From an uncultured virus (IMG/VR IMGVR_UViG_3300046479_000175) (taxonomy: Duplodnaviria > Heunggongvirae > Uroviricota > Caudoviricetes), in the IMG/VR virus record IMGVR_UViG_3300046479_000175: a stretch of DNA of 20,000 nucleotides; one strand, 5' to 3'. Position numbers and translations under genes: made by a program. This document shows, in pieces, positions 1 to 8,173 of the stretch (position 1 is its first letter; every line of letters starts with the position of its first letter). The notes beneath the pieces were generated by a model. It saw only the letters and a program-made list of their open reading frames with translations. It was not told where the DNA came from and did no database searches.

Positions 1-891
1 GTATCCGACCTTGGCAGTCGGGTCGCTCAGAAGAATGGCTGACTGCGCGCCCACATGGATCGGGCTCGTCGTGTCGCTGACCCCCGTCACATAGAGGGTC
101 GGAAGCGCCGTGAAGTGTCTGCCGTGCTCGAGGTCGGCGCTGGAGCGATAATGCGACAGAGCCACATCCACAAGAGCCAACAACGGGGGCTTTTCGATCT
201 TGTCGGACTGCCCAAAGCAGGAGAGCCAAAAGAATGGGATTTCGTTGAGGGTCAATCCGAGCTTTGTGGGAACCAGCTCTTCGAATATGATCCAGTCGTC
301 GGTCTCGGCCTTGATATCGCTGTTCTTCTTGCGCCAGATGCGCACTTTGTAAATGCCATCTTCAATCGTCAATTCTCGGTATTGCTCAATCTCCTTCAGT
401 GCGAAGCGGTCTGTACCATCCTGAACGAAGGCTGATTCCTTGAGGACAATGAAGTCCGTTCCCCAATTCGTGATGCTCTCGGCTGTATAAGCGACGAGAT
501 AGGCCCGCTTGGCGTTCTCATCGAAGTCGACAAGAATGCCGGCGCGCCCCGCGAGAAGATCCTCGCAGGACAGTTTCTTGATGAACTCGGTGAGCCCAAT
601 TCCGGAGGCTGTGGCGTCTTTCTCGAAGACCTCCATCTTCGCGGGCAGCTTGATGCCCGGCGGCTTGCGAACGATGGAACCGACGAACCCGTCAATGCTC
701 CGGCCCACAGCACCGTAATAAAGCGCACGCTTCGCATAGGCGCCGTATTGCTTACCATCCTGCCCAGAGAGTTTCGGGAGGTAATCTTCGCCAGCGGATT
801 TAACAGCGTCTGCGCCCTCGTATGCGTCGCGACACCGTTTCCACCGGTCAAGATTGTCCTTGTAGGACGGGTGGACGCTTATGATAGGCAT
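1..891 (-). CDS. Phage portal protein (DUF4055-like), partial; runs off the window start
   Basis: Not in the ORF track. ATG at 891 directly abuts the terL stop and reads MPIISVHPSYKDNLDRWKRCRDAYEGADAVKSAGEDYLPKLSGQDGKQYGAYAKRALYYGAVGRSIDGFVGSIVRKPP, which resembles DUF4055 portal N-termini. Canonical position after terL. Confidence 0.85.
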   Translation of the reverse strand, partial: MPIISVHPSYKDNLDRWKRCRDAYEGADAVKSAGEDYLPKLSGQDGKQYGAYAKRALYYGAVGRSIDGFVGSIVRKPPGIKLPAKMEVFEKDATASGIGLTEFIKKLSCEDLLAGRAGILVDFDENAKRAYLVAYTAESITNWGTDFIVLKESAFVQDGTDRFALKEIEQYRELTIEDGIYKVRIWRKKNSDIKAETDDWIIFEELVPTKLGLTLNEIPFFWLSCFGQSDKIEKPPLLALVDVALSHYRSSADLEHGRHFTALPTLYVTGVSDTTSPIHVGAQSAILLSDPTAKVGY

Positions 892-2343
892 CTACGTCCC
901 CACGATCTTGGTTTGGCTCGCAGCACCCCCAGAATCAACGAGCAATTCAGTCGCTGCCCAAACGAGTGCGTCAACCCGATTCGGGCTGTCCGTCGATTCG
1001 AGCGGCACCCACGTCACCATTTCATCTTCGAGACCGATAAAGGTGCCGCAGTGATGCATGCGCCCTTGTTCGTAAAGCGCAGCGACCGGCTCGGCGCGCG
1101 CCTGTTTACCGCGGGATGCATGGACCAGCTTGACTGGAACGTTTGGACCGACAACCCGTATCGTGCTTTCGACCATCTGTCCGCCGAAGTTCGCCTCAGC
1201 TACTATCCGGTCGGCCTTGAATTGGCGATAGAGCGCGACCGTCTTGCTGGCCCAAGTCTCAGGGCTGTACCGCCCGGAGTGATCGGCCAGCACGAAACCG
1301 TGCCTCTGTGCATCGATGCCGACGACCACAAGGCCTACTTCATCGTTTCTCTCCTTGTCACCACCTGAGGGATCGACCGCAACCACGATACGAACCAGTA
1401 CCGGATGACCGCCTAGAACCCGTAAATTGTCGATTTGGTCGCGCTTCCAAAGCGCGCCCGGCACTTCCGCACTAAAAGCCTCTGCGGGCGTTGCAGGATA
1501 CTCACGCCTAAAATTGTGAATTCCGTTGAGCTCGATAATCTTGGCGCGGCGCCATACGATCTGTTCGAGATCTAAGCCATAGCTCGCCTGATACGCCAGC
1601 TCGTCTCCGGTTGGGACAAAGCCCTCCGGGATAGGCTTTCGGTACTCCGATTGCCAAAACCATGGGATGAAAACGAGGATGTACTCGCCTTCACCGCGCA
1701 TCGCCGCAGCGCACATCTCGTAGAAAAGCCCCTGCCGGCCGTTCGAGGTGCTTTCTAGAATGATTTCTGTTCCTGGCTCGTCGGGGACGGCCTGCAGTGC
1801 ACCGGCGACGTGTGTGGCTGCATTGGGCCAGAAACCAATCTCCGACCCGTGGAAGAGCTGTATCGTCTGGCCGCGACCCGTCCCCTTACTCCCCGCCGTG
1901 CCAACCTTGTAGCCGCTATCGAGGACATTAAAGACCAGTTCTTTGGCGTTCGAAGCGGCCAGCGCAGGCCTTACTGCCTCTGGGCAATGATCGTAAAACC
2001 GCTTGGCCATCCCGAACAGGTTAGCCGTGGCTTCATCCATGTGCGTGAGGATGAATGCCCTCGTACCGCGCCGGTGAGTGGCCTGATGGAAGAAGCGTCC
2101 TTCCGTGTAAGTCGACACGCCCTGTTGGCGGCCCTTCAAAACAAGCGCGCGAACTTTGCCGATGCGCTTCTTTTGCGCTTCAAGCTCGCGGTGTAAATAT
2201 TGCTGCGATTCATTGAGGTTAAGCGGGCTTACGCCGCCAGCCTTCGTTCTGATCTTGAGACAGCGCGGAGCGTAATATTCGAAATCGTCTTTTAAACGCT
2301 TCCGTATTCGCTTTTCATCCGGCGTCATCCCCGCCAACATCAT
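892..2343 (-). CDS. terL: Terminase large subunit
   Basis: 483 aa. ATPase motifs LKGRQQGVST and LFHGSEIGFW, coupling motif ESTSNG; C-terminal RNase H-like nuclease motifs VVAVDPS, AEANFGG, KQARAEP and NRVDALVWA. True start may be 2340 or 2328. Confidence 0.95.
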   Translation of the reverse strand: MMLAGMTPDEKRIRKRLKDDFEYYAPRCLKIRTKAGGVSPLNLNESQQYLHRELEAQKKRIGKVRALVLKGRQQGVSTYTEGRFFHQATHRRGTRAFILTHMDEATANLFGMAKRFYDHCPEAVRPALAASNAKELVFNVLDSGYKVGTAGSKGTGRGQTIQLFHGSEIGFWPNAATHVAGALQAVPDEPGTEIILESTSNGRQGLFYEMCAAAMRGEGEYILVFIPWFWQSEYRKPIPEGFVPTGDELAYQASYGLDLEQIVWRRAKIIELNGIHNFRREYPATPAEAFSAEVPGALWKRDQIDNLRVLGGHPVLVRIVVAVDPSGGDKERNDEVGLVVVGIDAQRHGFVLADHSGRYSPETWASKTVALYRQFKADRIVAEANFGGQMVESTIRVVGPNVPVKLVHASRGKQARAEPVAALYEQGRMHHCGTFIGLEDEMVTWVPLESTDSPNRVDALVWAATELLVDSGGAASQTKIVGT

Positions 2344-2617
2344 CTAGGGCTGCGAGAGCCTCTTCGTGAGGCATTGCGATGGAGCCGCTGTGCTCAAGGG
2401 CTTGGGGCGGCTTACCTTCCATCCGATCCCCAAATTCCTTCATAGCAGTCATATCACCAGCAAAAGCCGCATCAATCAGCTTGTCGGCTAGATCATCGAT
2501 ACCCTCAAGGTCGAGCTTTCCCCTGCGTCGCATGATCGCACGCTCGATTGCGTCCCGCCATATGCGGTTCTTTGGCTGTCCGCCGGGATTTCCAGATTGT
2601 CCTTTCTTGAATGGCAT
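2315..2617 (-). CDS. terS: Terminase small subunit (DUF5681-like N-terminus)
   Basis: N-terminal PFKKGQSGNPGGQPK motif and C-terminal DRMEGKPPQ; overlaps the terL start. Confidence 0.85.
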   Translation of the reverse strand: MPFKKGQSGNPGGQPKNRIWRDAIERAIMRRRGKLDLEGIDDLADKLIDAAFAGDMTAMKEFGDRMEGKPPQALEHSGSIAMPHEEALAALDDVGGDDAG

Positions 2618-2661
2618 TCAGCAGAACCTTAAATATTTGAAAAACATGGCAAATTCCGAGA

Positions 2662-2678
2662 ATGTTTCAGTGAAACAT
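2662..2678. promoter_or_regulatory. Palindrome ATGTTTCA-G-TGAAACAT (parS-like with a 1-nt central deletion)
   Basis: Perfect 8-bp inverted arms; equals the parS consensus TGTTTCACGTGAAACA minus one central base. Confidence 0.45.
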
Positions 2679-2680
2679 CG

Positions 2681-3076
2681 TCAACCGACCAGCTTCAGGT
2701 CCGGGTTCAGCCCGCGAGAGTATTCCTCAAGGTCGAAGTCCCTGATCTGGATACAATCCGTAGGGTCGAAGTCGGTCCGGGATACCTCGTAATAGCGGGC
2801 CTCGTCGTGGCCGAGCCCTGGGGTAACGACAAACCGGTCAAACTCGAAGACGATGAGCTGGTGAACCGGCCATTTTTGGCCGTTCTTGACGAATCCGCGC
2901 GGATCGCTCTGATTGATCCACGGAAGAACAATCTGATGTGGTGGTTGCCCGGTATGCGCCTTAGCGCGAATCAGGTATCCTTCGTCCTTCGTCACCATCA
3001 CCGGCCACCACGGCCTTACTAGGGGCCGTTTCGTGGTTTCCGCAGTATTCGCAGCATTCGAGTGGTCATCAGGCAT
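2681..3076 (-). CDS. Hypothetical phage protein upstream of terS
   Basis: 131-aa ORF co-oriented with the late genes; AAAGG upstream of the ATG; no recognisable motif. Confidence 0.6.
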   Translation of the reverse strand: MPDDHSNAANTAETTKRPLVRPWWPVMVTKDEGYLIRAKAHTGQPPHQIVLPWINQSDPRGFVKNGQKWPVHQLIVFEFDRFVVTPGLGHDEARYYEVSRTDFDPTDCIQIRDFDLEEYSRGLNPDLKLVG

Positions 3077-3127
3077 CGATTGCCTTTATGGGGATTTGAT
3101 GGGCGCGTAGTTCTTCGAGATTGACGT

Positions 3128-3155
3128 ACTATACAGCGCTGAATCCTGCCGTCAA
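3128..3155 (-). promoter_or_regulatory. Putative sigma70 late promoter (TTGACG-N16-TATAGT)
   Basis: Minus-strand -35 at 3155-3150 and -10 at 3133-3128, pointing into the packaging genes. Confidence 0.55.
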
Positions 3156-3206
3156 GCAATTTTGCAAAGAGCCTATGCAGGTGTTCCTCGGACGCTCACG
3201 TTTTAC

Positions 3207-3692
3207 TCAGACAAAACCGGCTACTTTTTGCGCCTTCTCTTTAATAATCGCGCGATACTTTTCCATTTCCTCGGTGGCAGCGACCAGTTCCTGTAATGGC
3301 CCCGGATCGTAGGAACCGGTAGTGTGAAATTTCTCTTTCAGAGCGGGATCATCCGATTTGTCGATAACCGACCTTACGAGATGTAGTGCTCTCACATATT
3401 TGTCGATAATCTCCTGATCGGCATCATCGAAGTAAAGCGAATGAGAAAGGAAATACTCGTTGATGCTGCGCAATTGATCACTCAGGCTTGGAGCCTTCTC
3501 AGTCTTCTTCCGAAGGTCCAGATTGACCTGTTCAAGACGCTTCCATAGGCCTTCGTAGGCCTCTCTCCTCGCGGCGGCATTGGCGCCCCTGTTCGGATTA
3601 GCATTCTGCTTTTTCCATTGATAAAAGCCGAGCGCAGCCACCAGCAATGTTCCAAGAAGTGCAAGGACAGGCGTGATGAGCTCGTGGTTCAC
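3207..3692 (-). CDS. Hypothetical protein with N-terminal transmembrane helix (moron-like)
   Basis: 161 aa; hydrophobic LITPVLALLGTLLVAALGFYQW followed by a helical domain; TAGAAT 6 nt before the GTG start. Confidence 0.75.
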   Translation of the reverse strand: MNHELITPVLALLGTLLVAALGFYQWKKQNANPNRGANAAARREAYEGLWKRLEQVNLDLRKKTEKAPSLSDQLRSINEYFLSHSLYFDDADQEIIDKYVRALHLVRSVIDKSDDPALKEKFHTTGSYDPGPLQELVAATEEMEKYRAIIKEKAQKVAGFV

Positions 3693-3712
3693 GCCGAGAT
3701 TCTATCGCTATT

Positions 3713-4393
3713 TCACGAGTAATTCCCGAACCGTTTTTGCAGGTCCTTCATGAGCCGGGCCATCCCAAGCTTTTCAGTCGGTTGCGCAGTCGCATTGAAG
3801 ACGGTGATGAATTCCATCGCCGCCCTCACCCCTCGTCCATAGGCCTTATCCTGCCCGAGCGAGGCCATTTTGCCCATGTCGATTAGGCCGTAATGGAGGG
3901 CCAGACGCTCCAGCGATGAGTGAAGGATGCCCGAGGCCTTGTCTGCATTCATTCCGGCGCCGGCGGCGCGCACGAAATCGGTCCATTGTTCCAACGTCAT
4001 ACCGAGACCAATCACGTTCCATATGCAGGATTGGGATAGGCTCTGGCCTTCCCGCCCACGGCCCAGCGCTTCGACAGCCCTACCGATTCGCATCTTTGCT
4101 GCAGCGACGGTGTCCGTTATCTCCTGCTTCCCGGCGCGGGTTTTGAACATATCGAGCCGGGCGTAGTTGCCGGAAAGCTGCGCCCGTTCGAAATCCATGC
4201 GGAATTTCTCGCCCGCGTCGAAGAGCTCGGGGGCTATTTTGCCGGTAGAGCGTAGGCGTTCGTGGACATAGGCTGAACGTCTCACCGCATGGACGACCGT
4301 GGCACCATTGGGATCGCGCTCCCGCACCAATTCAGCCGGATGCTGGCCGTTATTGATTCGGATGGTCCCGAGGTGCTCGGCGGTTTTTTTCAT
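3713..4393 (-). CDS. DUF6456-like phage protein (putative late regulator in the Q-like position)
   Basis: Pattern HERLRSTGKI..ELFDAGEKFRMDFERA..IWNVIGLGMTLEQW..LERLALHYG is typical of alphaproteobacterial prophage DUF6456 proteins; lies upstream of the late promoter. Confidence 0.7.
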   Translation of the reverse strand: MKKTAEHLGTIRINNGQHPAELVRERDPNGATVVHAVRRSAYVHERLRSTGKIAPELFDAGEKFRMDFERAQLSGNYARLDMFKTRAGKQEITDTVAAAKMRIGRAVEALGRGREGQSLSQSCIWNVIGLGMTLEQWTDFVRAAGAGMNADKASGILHSSLERLALHYGLIDMGKMASLGQDKAYGRGVRAAMEFITVFNATAQPTEKLGMARLMKDLQKRFGNYS

Positions 4394-4566
4394 CGGTCGT
4401 TCGCCGGTGAACCTGAGCTGATGGCGAACAAGCTGTCAAGCTTGAGTTCGTGCCACGCGGTGATGGAGGCGCCAATCGGATCAACCCCTCGGTGTTGTAA
4501 GCTCGCGCGCATACGCAGAAGCCGCTCGAACAGCCTGATGATCCCGATCCGTTCCTCGTCCTTCAT
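4390..4566 (-). CDS. Small hypothetical protein (58 aa)
   Basis: Read manually: MKDEERIGIIRLFERLLRMRASLQHRGVDPIGASITAWHELKLDSLFAISSGSPANDR; its TGA overlaps the next ATG (ATGA at 4393-4390). Confidence 0.55.
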   Translation of the reverse strand: MKDEERIGIIRLFERLLRMRASLQHRGVDPIGASITAWHELKLDSLFAISSGSPANDR

Positions 4567-5044
4567 TTAGGGTCTTTTCGATCATGTCTTTGACCGCGAG
4601 AGGATGCCGCAAAACTTCCGCGTTGGCAATCCGAATCGTGCGCACACCATGTCGCTCGAGAAGCCACTTGTCCCTCCCGGCGTCGTATCCCCCCCGGTCG
4701 TCGTGACTCGACCCGTCGATCTCGACAGCCAGTTTCTTGGCTGGCAGGAAGAAATCGGCCAAAATATAGCGGTCTCCGTTCTGGAAAATCTTCTCCCTCA
4801 CGAACCAGACGTCGAGTGCGCGAAGGATGTCGGAAAACATCAACTCCGCAGCCGTCGGATTCCGCAGCCGAGACTGCCGATGCATCTCGGCGTGCGCCAT
4901 GACTTGGTAGTCGGTCCGCTTGCGCCTGTATTGCTTCGTTGGGTCCGCCCCGTGGGCGTGAAATTTGGCGCGGGCCTTGATTCGCTTCCGGCGGCGCTTG
5001 AGGGGCGTTTTCCGCGATATTGGCTTGCGTCTAACCATCCACAT
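4481..5044 (-). CDS. DUF559 / Vsr-like PD-(D/E)XK endonuclease
   Basis: Motifs RNPTAAE, YILADFF, LAVEIDGSSH, YDAGRDKWL and VRTIRIANAEV; start uncertain. Confidence 0.85.
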   Translation of the reverse strand: MWMVRRKPISRKTPLKRRRKRIKARAKFHAHGADPTKQYRRKRTDYQVMAHAEMHRQSRLRNPTAAELMFSDILRALDVWFVREKIFQNGDRYILADFFLPAKKLAVEIDGSSHDDRGGYDAGRDKWLLERHGVRTIRIANAEVLRHPLAVKDMIEKTLNEGRGTDRDHQAVRAASAYARELTTPRG

Positions 5045-5132
5045 TCTTAAAGCGGTTTCACATCAGAATCCAGCCCCCAAAAACACGCGCTGAGTCTCTC
5101 CACGTAAGTGTTATGCTTTCCATATCTTCCGC

Positions 5133-5807
5133 ATGCCCGAAGCTTCAATTCTTGAACTCATTTCGATTATCGTCAGCGCTATTTCGGCGCTGCTAGGGAC
5201 TGCCTTCGCCTCCGAGACAGCTACCAAACTGCTCGCAAAGTATTTCAAATCGGAAATCAGGTATATATCCATCGGCGGCACAAAGTATGCACTTGCGGAT
5301 GCCGCGTCAGCTCTGGGGGCGAAGCCACCTCCGCCATCGGACGCACCAACCGTTCCAAAGATTGATACAGCACGGGACCATCTGATTACCCGATTGAATC
5401 AGGCGTCAGAATTAGAACGCAGGGATCGGATTCTATCGAACGTATGCAGATGGTCGTCGCGACTTTTCACCTTCAGTCAATACATCGTTGGCGGAGCATT
5501 AACGCTTTCGTTCGTCAAACAGCAATTTAGTGCGCAGACTATTGGCGTTTTTGGGGTTGTCGTCTTTGTCGCCTCCGGATTAAATCAGCATTTCAACCCT
5601 AGCGGACGTGCGGAAGTCGCAGAAACGGCCGCGGAGCAATTCGAGGACTTGATTCGCGAAACCGAGGACAAACTCCTTGCCATCGACCTCACCAGCGACG
5701 GCGTAAATAAAGACCCGAAGCCGATACTTGATTTGATAAAGAAGACGTCGTCGGAGATCGGCCGGATCAAGGCCATGAGTAAACGCCGGAACCGTACCAA
5801 GCACTGA
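5133..5807 (+). CDS. Membrane protein with SLATT/DUF4231-like 2TM domain and extra N-terminal TM
   Basis: N-terminal hydrophobic helix, Pro-rich linker, two TM helices (FTFSQYIVGGALTLSFV; TIGVFGVVVFVASGLN), then FNPSGRAEVAETAAEQFEDL, the usual post-TM helix pattern of SLATT domains. Opposite strand to the phage operon. Confidence 0.6.
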   Translation: MPEASILELISIIVSAISALLGTAFASETATKLLAKYFKSEIRYISIGGTKYALADAASALGAKPPPPSDAPTVPKIDTARDHLITRLNQASELERRDRILSNVCRWSSRLFTFSQYIVGGALTLSFVKQQFSAQTIGVFGVVVFVASGLNQHFNPSGRAEVAETAAEQFEDLIRETEDKLLAIDLTSDGVNKDPKPILDLIKKTSSEIGRIKAMSKRRNRTKH

Positions 5808-5917
5808 TCATCTTTGGTGCTTCCCGAAAAACCACAGTTCCCCTTCCGTGGCGCCGCCCCGCTAATGACAGGACACGGTCAGAGAGACCCAACGATACGG
5901 CGTTAGAATGAGTCGTA

Positions 5918-6346
5918 ATGTCCCGCCTGACCAAAGAACGTATCGCCGCGGTAGTCGACGCCCACCACCTCGATAAGGAAGAAGCCGATGCCGCAACAAG
6001 CGCTGCATCACACATCATCAACATGTTCGTCGAATGGAACATGTCGCCGGAATCTGTTGCTGGCGTCATGGAGTTGCTAGCCCATCTGCGTCATGATCGC
6101 TGCGCGGCGAAGCCGACGCAGTCAGGTGAGAACAGAGAGCCCTTTGAGATTTTCACCGAAGCCGTAGCCGAAACGGGCAGAAATGGTTTGACGAAAAGTG
6201 AATTGCTTCCCACCTTGCTGGATTTCTCGGCGGCTATAGCAATCGCCCTCGGCGGTGAAGAGGCTTTGGTTAACTGCATGATCCGCTTTGGGGATCGTAT
6301 CAAGGACTTCCGGGAGGGGACGTTCCCCGTGGATGACGCTACATAA
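5918..6346 (+). CDS. Hypothetical helical protein
   Basis: 142-aa ORF with protein-like composition; TAGAAT at 5904-5909, 8 nt before the ATG. Confidence 0.65.
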   Translation: MSRLTKERIAAVVDAHHLDKEEADAATSAASHIINMFVEWNMSPESVAGVMELLAHLRHDRCAAKPTQSGENREPFEIFTEAVAETGRNGLTKSELLPTLLDFSAAIAIALGGEEALVNCMIRFGDRIKDFREGTFPVDDAT

Positions 6347-6527
6347 GCCGTGGGACCTTATCCATTTGTTCGGGCCCATACCGGCCCCCTAATCGGCTGG
6401 CCAGTGCTCGTTCCCCTCACTTCTTAGTTAGCCGCGCAGTTTTTTCCACGACATTCATGCCAATGAAGTCGTAATAGTACTTGACCGGGTTGTCCCTCGA
6501 GAGTCCAATTGCCTATCGCGGAGGCTC

Positions 6528-7145
6528 TTGATGGATAACCAAACTAAACACAAATGGGCTGTGGCTGGGTTGGTCATTTTCCTTGTTTTGCTTGTTGTCG
6601 GTGGGATTGTCTATGCATGGATTCCGATCAAGATCGATGCTCCGTCCAATGACCGACTGGTGGTTTTGATTTACACCGACGCTTATTGGTTTAAACAACT
6701 TTACATGCGATGGACGGTCGTCGATTGGGCGCTGACAGCGTTCGCTGCAGGGACTGCCGTTAGCGCAGCCATCAAGAATGCCTATTCAGTGAAGCAAGAC
6801 AAGCAAGATGCGCCATCGAAACTCGACATTACCCTAATGATCTTAGCGGTTCTTGCGGTCCTTGCGACCACCTTCGACGCGAAGCTTCACGCAGGACAAT
6901 TGGCCGAGCAATATCGAAAGGGCGACTTAATTCTTCAGGACGCGAAGATGCACTTCGAGAAAAATCCAAATGATCCAGCTGCCAAGGATAAACTCCTTGC
7001 CGAGTGGCAGAAGGCCGAAGATATTCTCGAATCTCCTCAGCCGATAGGAAAATCTCGGGGTGATGGCCAAACACCCCCAGTCGCAGATCCGAGCGCTCCA
7101 GTGAATGACCAGGCAAAGAAGAAGACGAACACATCGGGAGATTAG
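6528..7145 (+). CDS. Membrane protein with SLATT/DUF4231-like 2TM domain and extra N-terminal TM
   Basis: GGAGG RBS; N-terminal TM, two further TMs (VVDWALTAFAAGTAVSAAI; LMILAVLAVLATTF), then HAGQLAEQYRKGDLIL. Confidence 0.6.
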   Translation: MMDNQTKHKWAVAGLVIFLVLLVVGGIVYAWIPIKIDAPSNDRLVVLIYTDAYWFKQLYMRWTVVDWALTAFAAGTAVSAAIKNAYSVKQDKQDAPSKLDITLMILAVLAVLATTFDAKLHAGQLAEQYRKGDLILQDAKMHFEKNPNDPAAKDKLLAEWQKAEDILESPQPIGKSRGDGQTPPVADPSAPVNDQAKKKTNTSGD

Positions 7146-7172
7146 ATCTAACATACTTCCACTTCCGTAGCC

Positions 7173-7481
7173 CTAGTCAACCAGCGATGCCACATTCAGC
7201 AGTTTGGCGCCCTCGCGGCGCAGTCGGTCGATCCAAACGGCTTCGGAAATGTCCCATTTCGCGTCATTATCGATCACCACGATCTTAGGCTGAAGATCCT
7301 TGGCATGAAGCGCGAGTAGCCACGCACCCACCGGTGACAGGCGCAACCCTCTATTGCGCCGGTTCCTCATATTTTTGAAATGCCATTTCAGCCTTGTCTT
7401 TGGGCCACACCGGGTCTGCCCAACGTACCGCGTCTCCCCCGTCTCCGGGCAGATCAAAACATAAACTCTGGCTCGGCCCAT
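7173..7481 (-). CDS. GIY-YIG nuclease family protein
   Basis: VYVL..RYVGQT..RLKWH and the later E-x-x-WI..LLN pattern; stand-alone catalytic domain of 102 aa. Confidence 0.85.
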   Translation of the reverse strand: MGRARVYVLICPETGETRYVGQTRCGPKTRLKWHFKNMRNRRNRGLRLSPVGAWLLALHAKDLQPKIVVIDNDAKWDISEAVWIDRLRREGAKLLNVASLVD

Positions 7482-7494
7482 TCGCTTTCCTCAT

Positions 7495-7800
7495 AGCTCC
7501 GCCCTTTCTACCTGCCGGTCTGACCCCGCAGCCCACGACCAATGGGAGGCAACATGCCCGTATACTCGTTCCCTTTCAAAACTGTGCAATCCCTTGCACA
7601 GCTAACCGGAAGCATTTTTCGGAGCTTCCACGCTCGGTTGTAGGCCGGAGGTCATCCCGGCTGGCACACCGAACGCTGCCGTACCGATCCCGGTTTTGCC
7701 GGAATACCGTATAGGTCGAGGGTGGAAGTGGCACACCAGAGCCCCTGTTTTGTTCGGCATCTGACGAGCAGGGATGCCGCAAGCTGCGGGTGACACATCA
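7495..7800 (-). ncRNA. Putative large structured RNA / leader upstream of GIY-YIG (family unknown)
   Basis: Many stems: 7755-7761/7773-7779, long-range 7625-7631/7722-7728 enclosing three hairpins, and 7582-7589/7594-7601 with a GGGA (GNRA) loop on the minus strand. G-U pairs favour the minus strand. Boundaries approximate. Confidence 0.5.
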
Positions 7801-7804
7801 TGTA

Positions 7805-7833
7805 TTGCTTTTTGATGGAGAGGCGGCTATAGA
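7805..7833 (+). promoter_or_regulatory. Putative sigma70 promoter TTGCTT-N17-TATAGA for the small antisense RNA
   Basis: -35 at 7805-7810, exact 17-nt spacer, GCTATAGA -10 region resembling alphaproteobacterial housekeeping promoters. Confidence 0.55.
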
Positions 7834-7837
7834 TAGT

Positions 7838-7926
7838 GCCGCATTCTGCCGCAACAGCAATGCACCGGCTCGGGACTGTCACCAACAGACCGGCCATGGA
7901 GGGGAACCCTAGCGGTTCCCCTTTTC
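7838..7926 (+). ncRNA. Putative ~90-nt three-hairpin antisense RNA
   Basis: Bounded by a promoter and a terminator; hairpin 1 at 7841-7863 (loop CCGCAA), hairpin 2 at 7865-7893 (loop CACCA), hairpin 3 is the terminator. Confidence 0.55.
7900..7926 (+). terminator. Intrinsic terminator
   Basis: GGGGAACC-ctagc-GGTTCCCC followed by TTTTCATTTT. Confidence 0.75.
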
Positions 7927-7954
7927 ATTTTCAAGTGTCTTATGTAATCTCCCT

Positions 7955-8173
7955 CATCGGACGTCGCTCCCAATTCCACTCGGTGCTGGTACTTCCGTCC
8001 TGCCGGGCCAGCAACGGCCAAGCCGAGCAGGTTAGGGAATGAGGCTGCGTGGTTGAAGCTGAAGGCCTCCTTTGTGGCGTGGGTGGGGATTGTCGCAACC
8101 AATCTCCTTAGTGGGGTGGTCCCGTTCCGCCCCGACAATACGGGACACCGCTCTCCGAAGCGACGCCGCGATG
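7955..8173 (+). ncRNA. Putative ~220-nt closed multi-stem RNA or ssDNA structure (family unknown)
   Basis: Closing stem CATCG..CGTCGCT (7955-7968) with AGCGACG..CGATG (8159-8173); four or more internal stems; G-U pairs favour the plus strand. Confidence 0.4.

Noticed and set aside
55..2792. Plus-strand ORFs 55-435, 748-1368, 1810-2196, 2379-2792 and minus-strand 396-851
   Set aside because: Antisense or out-of-frame shadows of the portal, terL and terS genes.
7761..7795. Hammerhead-like CUGACGA followed by a GCAG/CTGC stem
   Set aside because: The required GAAA after stem II is absent (GGGT instead), and no stem I/III arrangement with an NUH site is evident.
7173..7930. Group I intron hosting the GIY-YIG gene
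   Set aside because: No interrupted host gene and no recognisable P7 core sequences were found by eye; only an Infernal search could fully exclude it.
7955..8173. Retron msr-msd (terminal inverted repeats next to an ATPase)
   Set aside because: No reverse transcriptase (YADD motif) is present in the window.
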